A stretch of DNA of 64,000 bases from contig JBEKXF010000009.1 in NCBI GenBank assembly GCA_049512315.1, positions 1 to 64,000 on the forward strand, given 5' to 3'. A model generated the notes under the pieces. That model worked only from the letters and a program-made list of their open reading frames with translations, was not told the origin of the DNA and made no database searches. Positions 1-9,015 of this stretch are shown here, piece after piece. The translations under genes and the position numbers were made by a program. How positions within the stretch are numbered: position 1 is the stretch's first letter; every line of letters starts with the position of its first letter. The DNA comes from Candidatus Aminicenantales bacterium (GTDB taxonomy: Bacteria > Acidobacteriota > Aminicenantia > Aminicenantales > Saccharicenantaceae).

Positions 1-122
1 AGACCTATAACCATATCCGGCCCCATCAATCGCTTGATTATCTGACGCCGGCCGAATATTATCAGGCCTGGCTTAAAACTCATACTCAGCCCACCGCGTC
101 ACTAATGTAGTGGACGAGATCA
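1..122 (+). mobile_element. 3' end of an IS481/IS3-type insertion sequence (integrase-core transposase C-terminus plus probable right end), truncated by the window edge
   Basis: The frame from nt 3 reads TYNHIRPHQSLDYLTPAEYYQAWLKTHTQPTASLM*, with the stop at 108-110. YNxxRPHxSLxxxTP is the C-terminal motif of rve/DDE transposases. The segment is more AT-rich than its surroundings and is followed by ...TGGACGAGATCA (possible terminal CA at 121-122). Confidence 0.8.
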
Positions 123-127
123 TGCGC

Positions 128-156
128 TTGACGTGAAGGAAAGGCAGCGATACTCT
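128..156 (+). promoter_or_regulatory. sigma70-like promoter for the Trm112-family gene
   Basis: TTGACG (128-133), 17-nt spacer, TACTCT (151-156); GGAGG RBS before the ATG at 174. Confidence 0.55.
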
Positions 157-173
157 TGAGCCGGGAGGACATC

Positions 174-362
174 ATGGCCTTGAACCCAAAACTCCTGAGC
201 ATTCTGGCCTGCCCGCTCTGCAAGACCGAGGTCAAGCTCACGGCCGACGAGAAGGGCTTGAGATGCGTGACCTGCCATCGCGTCTATCCCATCCGGGACG
301 ATATCCCCGTCATGCTCATCGACGAAGCGACCATCGAACCCGGCCGGCCCGTCAAGGCCTGA
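174..362 (+). CDS. Trm112/YcaR-family small zinc-ribbon protein
   Basis: LLSILACPLCK...LRCVTCHRVYPIRDDIPVMLIDEA signature; RBS before ATG 174. Confidence 0.9.
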   Translation: MALNPKLLSILACPLCKTEVKLTADEKGLRCVTCHRVYPIRDDIPVMLIDEATIEPGRPVKA

Positions 363-421
363 CCCGCCCCTCCGCTTCCCTCTATTTATTTCGGATCCTG
401 AATCCCTTATAATGGACAATC

Positions 422-1891
422 ATGTGCGGCGTCATCGGGATGTGGGCCAACGATTCCGTCATCCGCGACCTCTACCAGGGCCTCCTGGCCATGCAGCATC
501 GCGGTCAGGACGCCGCGGGCATCATCACCTATGACGGGCGGTTCCACACCGAGAAAGGCACCGGCCTGGTCCGCGACATTTTCACCGTCGAGGCGATCCA
601 GCACCTCCGCGGCCTGATCGGGATCGGCCACACCCGATACCCGACCGTCGGCGGCGGGGGCGGCGAGGACGCCCAGCCCTTCCAGCTCAACTCCCCGTTC
701 GGCATCATCATGGCCCACAACGGCAACGTGGCCAACTACCGGGAGCTCAAGGAGGAGCTCTTCGAGAAGTACCACCGGCTCCTCAACTCCGACTGCGACG
801 TCGAGATCATCCTCAACATTTTCGCCGAGTCGCTGGCCCACGAGAAGGCCCGCGTCCTGGAGCCGGAGCACATCTACCGGGCGGTCGAGAGCGTCTTCCG
901 GAAGGTCAAGGGCAGCTACTCGGTCGTCGCCTACATCGCCGAGCAGGGGCTGGTGGCTTTCCGCGACCCCTACGGGATCAAGCCCCTGGCCTACGGCGTC
1001 CGGAAGGACGGCCTCCTGCCCTCCTACGCCTTCGCCTCGGAGACCGTTACGCTCAACATCATGAATTTCGGCGGGATCCAGGACGTCGAGGCCGGGCAGG
1101 CCGTCTTCCTCGACAAGGGCCGGCGCCTCCACAAGAAAAAACTGGCCCACTGCGCCCCTTCCCCCTGCCTCTTCGAATGGGTCTACTTCGCCAGGCCGGA
1201 CTCCTTCATCGACAAGGTCAACGTCTACAAGTGCCGGGTCAACCTGGGCCGCTTCCTGGCCGCGGAGATCCGGCGGCGGAAGCTCGGGATCGACGTCGTC
1301 GTCCCCGTGCCGGATTCGGCCCGGGACGCGGCCATCGAGATCGCCCGGAGGCTCAACCTCAAGTACAGCGAGGCCCTGGTCAAGAACCGATACATCGGCC
1401 GGACCTTCATCATGCCGAGCGTCGACAAGCGGAAAGACTCGGTCCTCCAGAAGCTCAGCCCCATCGCTTCGGAGATCAAGGGCAAGAAAGTCCTCCTCGT
1501 CGACGACAGCATCGTCCGCGGCAACACGTCCCGGGCCATCATCGAGATGATCCGGGAGTGCGGGGCCAAGAAGGTCTACTTCGCTTCCTATTCGCCGCCG
1601 CTCCGCCACCCGTGCGTCTATGGCATCGACATGCAGACGAAGACGGAGTTCGTGGCCCAGGACGCCGACGAGAAAGCCGTGGCCAAGAGAATCGGCGCCG
1701 ACAAGGTCATCTACCAGAGCCTCGACTCACTCAAAAAGGCGGTCGCGATGGAGAACCCGAAGATCAAGAATTTCTGCGCCGCCTGCTTCGACGGGATCTA
1801 CCCGACGGGCGACATCACGCCGGACCTCCTCGACGAAATCGAGGCGGAGCGGAAGCTCGCCCAGGACGGCCAGCTCGAGCTCAACATCTAG
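422..1891 (+). CDS. purF: amidophosphoribosyltransferase
   Basis: N-terminal MCG nucleophile, QHRGQD, GHTRYPT, HNGN, PRPP-binding VLLVDDSIVRGNT, Fe-S cysteines (CLFE, CVYGID, CAAC). Confidence 0.97.
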   Translation: MCGVIGMWANDSVIRDLYQGLLAMQHRGQDAAGIITYDGRFHTEKGTGLVRDIFTVEAIQHLRGLIGIGHTRYPTVGGGGGEDAQPFQLNSPFGIIMAHNGNVANYRELKEELFEKYHRLLNSDCDVEIILNIFAESLAHEKARVLEPEHIYRAVESVFRKVKGSYSVVAYIAEQGLVAFRDPYGIKPLAYGVRKDGLLPSYAFASETVTLNIMNFGGIQDVEAGQAVFLDKGRRLHKKKLAHCAPSPCLFEWVYFARPDSFIDKVNVYKCRVNLGRFLAAEIRRRKLGIDVVVPVPDSARDAAIEIARRLNLKYSEALVKNRYIGRTFIMPSVDKRKDSVLQKLSPIASEIKGKKVLLVDDSIVRGNTSRAIIEMIRECGAKKVYFASYSPPLRHPCVYGIDMQTKTEFVAQDADEKAVAKRIGADKVIYQSLDSLKKAVAMENPKIKNFCAACFDGIYPTGDITPDLLDEIEAERKLAQDGQLELNI

Positions 1892-1931
1892 GCCTCCCGC
1901 CCGGGACCGGCTCTTTCATCGCCCGCCTTCT

Positions 1932-4142
1932 TCAGAACCCGAAGCCGCCCAGGATGTCCGCCGTCCGCCCGATCGTCCCGAGCCCCACGGAGAACTTGAG
2001 CTGCGTTTCCGGCTTGAGGCGGTAATAATAGACCCGGACCTCGACCAGAAAATCGAGGCACTGGTAATGGTAAATGGCCTGGCCGGCCGTGTAGAGGAGC
2101 TTCTTCTCCTGGATGTTGTAATCCACTTCCCCGAGGAGTTCCAAGGACGAGCCCGGCAGCCGCAGGCCGCCCGTGGCGCCGACCTGGTGGCGGTTGTAGA
2201 GCGCCCCGAGGGCGGGGTCGGCCCCCGCGACCCAGGAGTTCAGGCTCTTGTACCAGTTCAGGGACAGGAACCGGCCATCCTCCTTCGAGCCCGCCGTCGC
2301 GGTCAGTCTGAGGCTCGAAAAGTTGTGGTAATAGGGGTTGTACCCGGCGGCGGCGTCCAGGCTGAAGCTTTCCTTCGGGTAATACCTCAGGGTCCCGGTG
2401 ATCTCCGATAACCGCGGCGGCTTCCCGTTGACGAGGTACTGCTTGAGGGGGCCGCTTTCGGGGGAAAGATAGACGGTCTGGCCCAGCCCGAAGGACAGGA
2501 CCTCGGTCGGCCGGTCTCCCTCCTTGAGGAGGAACCGGCTGGTCAGGCCGTAGCTCATCTGATGGTAGCGGTAGAAGCCCGTGGGGGTCACGATCCGGTC
2601 GGCCTGGCCGATCGGGCTGTCGTAGGAGTACTTGACGTAAGGCTCGATGATGTTCTTCAGCCGGGGCTCGCCGGTCTTTCCGTAAAAGACCCTGTAGAAA
2701 ACGGGCCCCGTGACTTCGAGGTCGGCCACGACGTTCTTCGTGAACAGAGGGTCGTTCACGATCTGGCCTGACGCCGGGTCGAGGCTCTGACCGTAGTAGA
2801 CGAAATTGGCTGTGACGGAGGTGTTGGCCGTCAGCCAGGGGATGGACGTGAACGGCAGGCTCAGGGTCGGGCTCAGGGTGAGGTTCGTCGATCGGCGCTC
2901 TGTCCCGGTCTTGTACGCCGAGTTCCATCCGTACTGCCAGCTGTTGAAGCCGCCGCTCAGCGAAAAATAGAGCGGGGAGAAGAGCCGGACCTTGAAGACG
3001 TTGAAATTCACCTGGGGGAGAGAGGTGCTGACGATGGAGTCGTCGACCTGGGAAAAATAGGTCTCGACACGGGACACCCGGGCGCTCAGGTTGAACCGGG
3101 ACCAGGACCGCGACAGGAAGACCTGAGAGCTCTTGTTCGAGACCGAGGCCCGGCGGAACTCGTCGTCGAACTCGCTCAGAAAGCTGTAAGATGTCTGGTA
3201 GTCCACGCTGGCGGCCAGGGTGAATCCCAGCGGCAGCGCCTGGTTGTGGTTGATGCGGATGATGGAGCCCGGGCTCTCGGCCGTTCCCTGAGCGTCCTTC
3301 TTGAAGATGAAATGATAGAGGGTGAGCTGGCCGCCGGTCCCTTTCGAAAAGAGGTAGCGATATTCCAACCCCAAGCCCAGGCCGAGGGTGGGGTAAGCAT
3401 CGAGCCCGAAGGTCGCGTCCATGTTCCTCCCGATCGCCAGATAGAAGTTTTGGGAGTACTCGAAGCCCTTGGCCCCGGTATAGCCGACCTTGGGCATGAG
3501 GAAGCCCGTCGCCCGGTCTTCCAAGGGATACCGGAGATAGGGCAGATAGAAGACCGGGATCTTCTTGACCGAGAGGACAGCATCCCACATCTCCACGTAG
3601 GCGTTCGTCTTCAGGTTGGCCCGGGAAAAGGAAAAACCCCAGCGGGGGACGGGCTGGGTGCACGAGGTGACCCGGGCCCGGCTGAGGCTGTAGAGGTCCG
3701 TGGCCTTCCGTTCGAGCGATTCGGCCGCGAACAGGATGGACGGCTGGATCATCCCCGAGGCCTTTTCGACCCGTCCGGTCTCCGTGTCCAGATTGAAAAT
3801 GACCTTCTCCCCTCTCGTGATTTCGTTCCGGACCTGGATGACGACGTTCCCTTCGGCGAGGACCTCCTTGCTTCCGGGATCGAACTCCACCCGGTCGGCC
3901 AGGAGCAGGAGTTCTTTGTACCGGATCTCCACATCCCCCGAGGCGAAGATCCGGTCTTTGGTGATTTCCTTGTTCCGGGCGACGATCTTGATCTCGGGTT
4001 GCGGCGAGAAGGCCCCTTGAGGTCCGGGGCCCGCGAGCTCCTGGCCCGAGGCCGGGGGAGCCGGCATCCTCAGCCCGAGGAGCGCGAGCCAGACGAGGAC
4101 GGCAGGAAAGAGGCGCCTCACCCCGAAGAGCTGGGGCTTCAT
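1932..4142 (-). CDS. lptD: LPS-assembly outer-membrane protein LptD
   Basis: Signal peptide, OstA-like N-domain (LLADRVEFD...AEGNVVI), TSC...P.W and R.TGFLMP motifs, beta-barrel-like C-terminus ending in Phe. Start placed at ATG 4142. Confidence 0.85.
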   Translation of the reverse strand: MKPQLFGVRRLFPAVLVWLALLGLRMPAPPASGQELAGPGPQGAFSPQPEIKIVARNKEITKDRIFASGDVEIRYKELLLLADRVEFDPGSKEVLAEGNVVIQVRNEITRGEKVIFNLDTETGRVEKASGMIQPSILFAAESLERKATDLYSLSRARVTSCTQPVPRWGFSFSRANLKTNAYVEMWDAVLSVKKIPVFYLPYLRYPLEDRATGFLMPKVGYTGAKGFEYSQNFYLAIGRNMDATFGLDAYPTLGLGLGLEYRYLFSKGTGGQLTLYHFIFKKDAQGTAESPGSIIRINHNQALPLGFTLAASVDYQTSYSFLSEFDDEFRRASVSNKSSQVFLSRSWSRFNLSARVSRVETYFSQVDDSIVSTSLPQVNFNVFKVRLFSPLYFSLSGGFNSWQYGWNSAYKTGTERRSTNLTLSPTLSLPFTSIPWLTANTSVTANFVYYGQSLDPASGQIVNDPLFTKNVVADLEVTGPVFYRVFYGKTGEPRLKNIIEPYVKYSYDSPIGQADRIVTPTGFYRYHQMSYGLTSRFLLKEGDRPTEVLSFGLGQTVYLSPESGPLKQYLVNGKPPRLSEITGTLRYYPKESFSLDAAAGYNPYYHNFSSLRLTATAGSKEDGRFLSLNWYKSLNSWVAGADPALGALYNRHQVGATGGLRLPGSSLELLGEVDYNIQEKKLLYTAGQAIYHYQCLDFLVEVRVYYYRLKPETQLKFSVGLGTIGRTADILGGFGF

Positions 4143-4149
4143 TGATTGG

Positions 4150-4178
4150 AATTTAGCACATCGCCCGGGGTGAATCAA
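4150..4178 (-). promoter_or_regulatory. promoter immediately upstream of lptD (possibly leaderless)
   Basis: Minus strand TTGATT, 17 nt, TAAATT with an extended TG; ATG 7 nt downstream; no SD sequence. Confidence 0.5.
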
Positions 4179-4185
4179 ACCGGGG

Positions 4186-4425
4186 TCACACGTCGGGAGG
4201 CTGGCCTTTATTATACTTGCTCATGGCCCGGTAAAGGCTCAGAAGACCCGAGATGACGCCGAGGACCGTGAAAATGAGGAGGAGCCAGGGGCCCGTCCCC
4301 AGCCAGCGGTCGAGGAAGTATCCGAAGAAAAGGCCGACGATGATGGACGACGGCAGCATGAGTCCGACCGAGCTTATCTCGGCCAGCTTCCGGAAGCTGG
4401 GCCGCGGCGGTTTGGGAGTCGTCAT
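4186..4425 (-). CDS. AtpZ/AtpI-family ATP synthase accessory membrane protein
   Basis: Two TM helices with G.F.GY.LDRWLGT.PW...F..LG motif. Confidence 0.85.
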   Translation of the reverse strand: MTTPKPPRPSFRKLAEISSVGLMLPSSIIVGLFFGYFLDRWLGTGPWLLLIFTVLGVISGLLSLYRAMSKYNKGQPPDV

Positions 4426-4772
4426 GGACTCTCCCGAGTCCGAGCCGTTTTCGGACGGACGGCCCGGCCGGAACCGGCCCAGGCCTCACCCTCGAAAACA
4501 AGGGCGTTCCAGCCGAACCCGAAGCCGAATGCCAGGCAGAAGAGCTTGAACAGGTCCTCGTAAGACGTACCCTGGGCGCCCGTCTCGAACCGCGGGAAAA
4601 CGACCAGGGTCAGGACGATGCAGAGGACGAGAGAGACCGCGGCCGAGACGAGGTAGCGGCGGCCGAAGCCTCGGACCCGTCCCTCCCGGACCTTCCTCAA
4701 CCAGGGCAGAAGGGTCCGGGCCAGGACCCCCGTGAAGATGCCGATCAGCCGAATCAGGAATTCCGTGGACAT
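4422..4772 (-). CDS. hypothetical membrane protein (about 3 TM segments)
   Basis: RBS GGAGGGG upstream; ATGA overlap with the AtpZ-family gene; hydrophobic segments. Confidence 0.65.
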   Translation of the reverse strand: MSTEFLIRLIGIFTGVLARTLLPWLRKVREGRVRGFGRRYLVSAAVSLVLCIVLTLVVFPRFETGAQGTSYEDLFKLFCLAFGFGFGWNALVFEGEAWAGSGRAVRPKTARTRESP

Positions 4773-4921
4773 GCGGTTATCCCCTCCCGGAGATGAGATG
4801 ACTCGATTCCCAGATTATTCTCGAAAACGGACGGGGGATTGTCAAGTGTCGGCAATCCCGGCTTGGACGTGCTATACTAGCCGGGAACCGGCCCCAACGG
4901 AAACGAAAGGACCTCTCCCCG

Positions 4922-5317
4922 ATGAGCCAGGTCGAGATCCAGGACGAACGGATCCTCCACAGGATACCTTTCGAGATCCTCGCCCTCTCGGCCGTCCTGG
5001 CCCTGGCCGCCGCCCTCCTCTTCAGCCCCCTGGCGGGCCTCCTCTTTTTCGCGGGCGGAGCGCTCGCGGCACTGGGCTTCCTCTGGCTCAAGCGATCCCT
5101 GACCCGGCTCCTCGCCAGGGACAAGGCGGGCGCCCTCCGGTCCGCCATCCTCCTCTACGTCCTCCGCCTCGGGTTGATTTGCGGGGCCTTTTTTATTATA
5201 ATCCTCCTCTTTCCGGGGAAGATTTTGGCCTTCGGCGCCGGTTTTTCCACGATCGTCCCCGTTTTCCTGGCGGAAGGCGTCGGGGCCCTTCTTCGCATGA
5301 AGACATGGAAGGCCTAG
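4922..5317 (+). CDS. atpI: ATP synthase protein I
   Basis: Four-TM protein with LRL motif, directly upstream of and overlapping atpB. Confidence 0.75.
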   Translation: MSQVEIQDERILHRIPFEILALSAVLALAAALLFSPLAGLLFFAGGALAALGFLWLKRSLTRLLARDKAGALRSAILLYVLRLGLICGAFFIIILLFPGKILAFGAGFSTIVPVFLAEGVGALLRMKTWKA

Positions 5318-6048
5318 AACACACTCTTTTCACCGTCGAGCTCTTCAACAAGATCTTCGGCAAACCCCTGGCTTCGCTCCTCGGCCTCTTCGGAGTGAAG
5401 GTCGCCGACCCCCTCCATCTCTTCCCCGACTACGTCGTGATGGTCATCATCGTCACGGCCGTCCTTATCGTCGTCTTCACTCTCGCCTCGCGGAAGCTCG
5501 CCCTCATCCCCTCCGGCCGTCAGAGCGTCCTCGAGATGATCTTCGGGCTCTTCGAAGGCCTGGTCACGGACACCATCGGCCCCGAGGGGAAAAAGTACCT
5601 CCCCGTCATCGGGACCGTCGGCCTCTTCATCTTCTCCTGCAACCTCATCGGGCTCGTCCCCGGCTTCATGTCGCCGACGAGCAAACTCAACGTGACGGTC
5701 GGCTGCGCCCTGGCCGTCTTTTTCTACTACCACGTCCAGGGGGTCAAGGCCCAGGGCCTGAAATATTTCAAGAACTTCATGGGCCCCATCCCGGCCCTGG
5801 CGCCCCTCATGATCCCCATCGAGATCATCAGCCATTTCTCGCGCCCGGTCTCGCTCTCGATGCGGCTTTTCGGGAACATCTTCGCTGAGGAGCTGCTGAT
5901 CGTCATCATGGCCTCCATCATCCCGTTCCTCCTCCCCCTGCCCTTCATGGCCGTAGCCATTTTCACCTCGGTCATCCAGGCCTTCGTCTTCGTCCTCCTG
6001 GCCTGCATCTACATCGCCGGGGCCGTCGCCCAGGAAGAAGAACATTAA
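5305..6048 (+). CDS. atpB: F0F1 ATP synthase subunit a
   Basis: NLIGLVPG, SPT, PIEIISHFSRPVSLSMRLFGN (essential Arg), IQAFVF..L..IYI. Confidence 0.95.
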   Translation: MEGLEHTLFTVELFNKIFGKPLASLLGLFGVKVADPLHLFPDYVVMVIIVTAVLIVVFTLASRKLALIPSGRQSVLEMIFGLFEGLVTDTIGPEGKKYLPVIGTVGLFIFSCNLIGLVPGFMSPTSKLNVTVGCALAVFFYYHVQGVKAQGLKYFKNFMGPIPALAPLMIPIEIISHFSRPVSLSMRLFGNIFAEELLIVIMASIIPFLLPLPFMAVAIFTSVIQAFVFVLLACIYIAGAVAQEEEH

Positions 6049-6066
6049 ATGAAAAGGAGTTCCGTC

Positions 6067-6414
6067 ATGTCCCAAAAACTCAAAGCTTTGAGCGTCCTCT
6101 TTTTCCTTGTCGCGGTTTCCGCCGCGCCGCTCCTCGCCCAGGAAGCCGGGGCGCCCAGCGCGGCCAAGGCGTCCTTGTACAAGATCTCGCTCATGGTCGG
6201 CGCCGGCATTATCACTCTCTCCGTCGCGGCCGGGGCGTTCTGCCAGGCGAAGGCCATCAGCAGCGCCTGCGAGGGCATTTCCCGGAACCCCAATGGGGCC
6301 CCGCACATCCGCTTCCTCCTGATCTTCGGGCTCGTCCTGATCGAAACGCTCGTCATTTACGCCTTGCTCATCACGATCATCATCCTGATGGTCCAGTGGG
6401 GCAAGTACGTCTAA
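6067..6414 (+). CDS. atpE: F0F1 ATP synthase subunit c with an N-terminal signal-like extension
   Basis: EGISRNP loop and LIETLVIY carboxylate motif; RBS AAGGAG upstream of ATG 6067. Confidence 0.93.
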   Translation: MSQKLKALSVLFFLVAVSAAPLLAQEAGAPSAAKASLYKISLMVGAGIITLSVAAGAFCQAKAISSACEGISRNPNGAPHIRFLLIFGLVLIETLVIYALLITIIILMVQWGKYV

Positions 6415-6520
6415 GTTTTCCGGAAAGGGTCCGGCAGGGCCCGCGCTGAGACTCGCTCACTCTTAAAAAAGGGCGAGAGACGGCAGGGGGCTCCCGCCGG
6501 GCCTCCCGGCATTGGGACGG

Positions 6521-7417
6521 ATGACGCTTTCACCGTTCAAGATACTCGCCGCTTCCTTCAAGCGGTTCAACGACGACAAGTGCTGGACGTCCGCCATCGT
6601 CATTTCCTACTTCGCGCTCCTCTGCACGGTCCCCCTCCTGGCCCTCTTCTTTTACGCCTCGACCAAGGTCCTCGGTAACACCGAGATCGCCCTCCGGAGC
6701 CTGAACATCTTCACGGACGAGTTTTTCGCCCGCTCCGACCCGGGATTCTTCACCCGGCTCCAGGCCTTGTCGGGAACGGTCGCCAATTTGGGGCTTTTCG
6801 GCCTCCTGGGATCGCTCATCTCCGCGAGCTTCCTCTTTTCGAGCCTCATCGCAGCCATCAATGTCATCTTCAAGACCAAGTACCACCGGTCCTTCTTCTA
6901 CAACCGGCTCATGGAATACCTGATCATGTTCATCGTCGGGATCGTCATGCTCTTCTCCCTGGCGATCACGGCCGTCTGGACGGCCCTCGGCCGGTCCATC
7001 CAGGAAAGCGCCATCGTGCGTTCCTACTTCAACCCCGATGTCGTCCGGCTGGCCAACAATGTCTTCATCCAGTACGTGATCCCCTATTTCCTGACCTTTT
7101 TCGTTTTCTTCATCATCTATAAATACATCGCCGAGCGGAGCGTCCACACCAGAGCGGCGGCCCTCCCGGCCGCGGTCGCGGCCCTGCTCTATGAGATCTT
7201 CAAGAGGATGTTCGCGTTCTACGTCGTCCATTTCTCGGCCATCGGGGTCGTCCTGAACAAGCTCCTTCAGGGGACCCTGACCTCGATCATTTTCTTCCTG
7301 CTGTGGATCTCTTTCTCGCTGGTCATCATGCTCTGGGGGGCGGAGCTGGCTGCGGTGATCAACGAGAAGCTGGACGCGGCGGTCTCTCCTGCCACCGCGC
7401 CTGAGCGGCAGGGATGA
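6521..7417 (+). CDS. YihY/virulence factor BrkB-family membrane protein
   Basis: RF..D...SA..ISYFALL..VP, multiple TM helices, LLW.....I.L.GAEL near the C-terminus. Confidence 0.85.
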   Translation: MTLSPFKILAASFKRFNDDKCWTSAIVISYFALLCTVPLLALFFYASTKVLGNTEIALRSLNIFTDEFFARSDPGFFTRLQALSGTVANLGLFGLLGSLISASFLFSSLIAAINVIFKTKYHRSFFYNRLMEYLIMFIVGIVMLFSLAITAVWTALGRSIQESAIVRSYFNPDVVRLANNVFIQYVIPYFLTFFVFFIIYKYIAERSVHTRAAALPAAVAALLYEIFKRMFAFYVVHFSAIGVVLNKLLQGTLTSIIFFLLWISFSLVIMLWGAELAAVINEKLDAAVSPATAPERQG

Positions 7418-7418
7418 T

Positions 7419-8339
7419 TCAGCGGCGGGAGAGGTATTCCTCGACGGACAGAGCGGCGTGGACGCCCGTGCCCACGGCCGTGGCGATCTGCTTGGGGCAG
7501 GCGTCGGAGACGTCCCCCGCGGCGAAGATGCCGGGGGCCGAGGATTCCATGTTGGGCTTGACCTTGACCTGGCCCCATTCATTGAGGTCGAGGAAGCCCC
7601 GGACGAAGGCCGTCTGGGGCTCGGTCCCTATCGAGATGAAGAGCCCGTCGACGGGCAGATGTAATTTGCTGTCTATCTTCATGTTACGGAGATCGAGCGA
7701 TTCGATCTTGTCCCCGCCGTTGATCGCCTCGACCACGGTGTCCCGGAGGATCTGGATCTTTTCGTTGGTGACGACGCGCTCTTGATAAATCCTCTCGCCG
7801 CGGAACCGGTCTCGCCGATGGATGATGGTCACTTTCCGGCAGTACTTGGTCAGGAAGAGGGCCTCCTTGAGGGCGTTGTCCCCTCCCCCGACCATGGCGA
7901 TGTCGCGGCCCGCGAAAAAGGCGCCGTCGCAGGTCGCGCAGTAGGACACGCCGCGGCCCGTCAGGCGGGCCTCGTTCTCGAGCCCGAGGCGGCGGTAGGC
8001 CGACCCGGTGGCGATGATGACCGACCGCGCGGTGTATTCATCTTCCGAGCCCCGCAGGACCCAGGCTCCTTCTGAGCCGGAGATCTTTTCGATCTCATCG
8101 GTTTCGATCCTGGCCCCGAACTTTTCGGCGTGCTTGTGGAAATCCCGCATCAGCTCGAAGGGCGTGATGCCGTCGGGAAAGCCGGGGAAGTTCTCGACCC
8201 AATCCGTCACCAGGATCTGCCCGCCGGGGAGCCCTTTCTCCAGGACAAGTGTCGAGCGCCTGGCCCGGCCGGTGTAGATCGCGGCCGCGAGGCCGGCCGG
8301 CCCGGCTCCGACGATGACCACGTCCCAGGATCCGCCCAT
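7419..8339 (-). CDS. trxB: thioredoxin-disulfide reductase
   Basis: GAGPAG, GGQ...VENFPG, GVSYCATCDG, GGGDNA, GIFAAGD. Confidence 0.96.
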   Translation of the reverse strand: MGGSWDVVIVGAGPAGLAAAIYTGRARRSTLVLEKGLPGGQILVTDWVENFPGFPDGITPFELMRDFHKHAEKFGARIETDEIEKISGSEGAWVLRGSEDEYTARSVIIATGSAYRRLGLENEARLTGRGVSYCATCDGAFFAGRDIAMVGGGDNALKEALFLTKYCRKVTIIHRRDRFRGERIYQERVVTNEKIQILRDTVVEAINGGDKIESLDLRNMKIDSKLHLPVDGLFISIGTEPQTAFVRGFLDLNEWGQVKVKPNMESSAPGIFAAGDVSDACPKQIATAVGTGVHAALSVEEYLSRR

Positions 8340-8344
8340 AGGGA

Positions 8345-8671
8345 TCACAGATGCTTGGCGATGAGCTCGGCCAGCTTGGCCTTGGGGAGGACCCCGACGG
8401 ACTTTTCCTTGAGCTCGCCGCCCTTGAAAACCATCAGGGTGGGGATGCCCATGACGCCGTAGGTGATGGGCGTTTTGCCGTTCTCGTCGACGTTGAGCTT
8501 GACGACCTTCAGCTTTCCCTGGTTGGCCTGGGCGATCTCTTCGAGGACCGGGGCGATCATCAGGCACGGCCCGCACCAGGGCGCCCAGAAATCGACCAGG
8601 ACCGGGAGGTCGGACTTCAGGACCTCCTGCTCAAAACCGGCATCCGTGCCTTGAATGATCACGTCGGACAT
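8345..8671 (-). CDS. trxA: thioredoxin
   Basis: VDFWAPWCGPC; RBS GAGGAGG before ATG 8671. Confidence 0.97.
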   Translation of the reverse strand: MSDVIIQGTDAGFEQEVLKSDLPVLVDFWAPWCGPCLMIAPVLEEIAQANQGKLKVVKLNVDENGKTPITYGVMGIPTLMVFKGGELKEKSVGVLPKAKLAELIAKHL

Positions 8672-8693
8672 CGTTTCCTCCTCAAGCCCGACC

Positions 8694-8722
8694 ATGATAG
8701 CGGCCACTCTCTAAATTGTCAA
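8694..8722 (-). promoter_or_regulatory. sigma70 promoter for trxA-trxB
   Basis: Minus strand TTGACA, 17 nt, TATCAT. Confidence 0.7.
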
Positions 8723-8730
8723 ACCGCTCT

Positions 8731-9015
8731 GAGTAGAGGCCGGGCTTTGAGAGTGGCTGGAACGTCATGCGTGGTTTAGCCTTCCCGAGGCGTTTTTCGA
8801 TGAATCAGCGGACGCAAGGGGGGTTCGTCTCAAAATACAATAAGGGGACGGGTGGCCCGGTGCCGGACGGGGACGCGCCGGGTCAGGGCCCGTCCGACCA
8901 TATTGAACGCAGAGGGACTCCCCCAAGTCCGCAACCTCCAAAAGAAACGATGAGAGAAGGACGTTAAAAACCGCGCTCTGGAGTGGAAGCCACCCTCAAA
9001 ACCAGGCCTCTACTC
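8731..9015. repeat. ~285-bp long imperfect palindromic element with 28-bp terminal inverted repeats (MITE/REPIN-like), copy A of a dispersed repeat family
   Basis: 8731-8758 GAGTAGAGGCCGGGCTTTGAGAGTGGCT matches the reverse complement of 8988-9015 (GAGTAGAGGCCTGGTTTTGAGGGTGGCT) at 25/28. Internal arms are also complementary. The core recurs at 25362-25416 and 47584-47648. Confidence 0.8.

Noticed and set aside
7419..8671. Selenoprotein (in-frame TGA) candidates, prompted by the SelB-like gene
   Set aside because: The redox motifs of TrxA (CGPC) and TrxB (CATC) use Cys codons, and no readthrough TGA was evident in the other genes.
8767..8967. 66-aa ORF inside the palindromic element
   Set aside because: No RBS or recognisable motif; it lies within repeat DNA.
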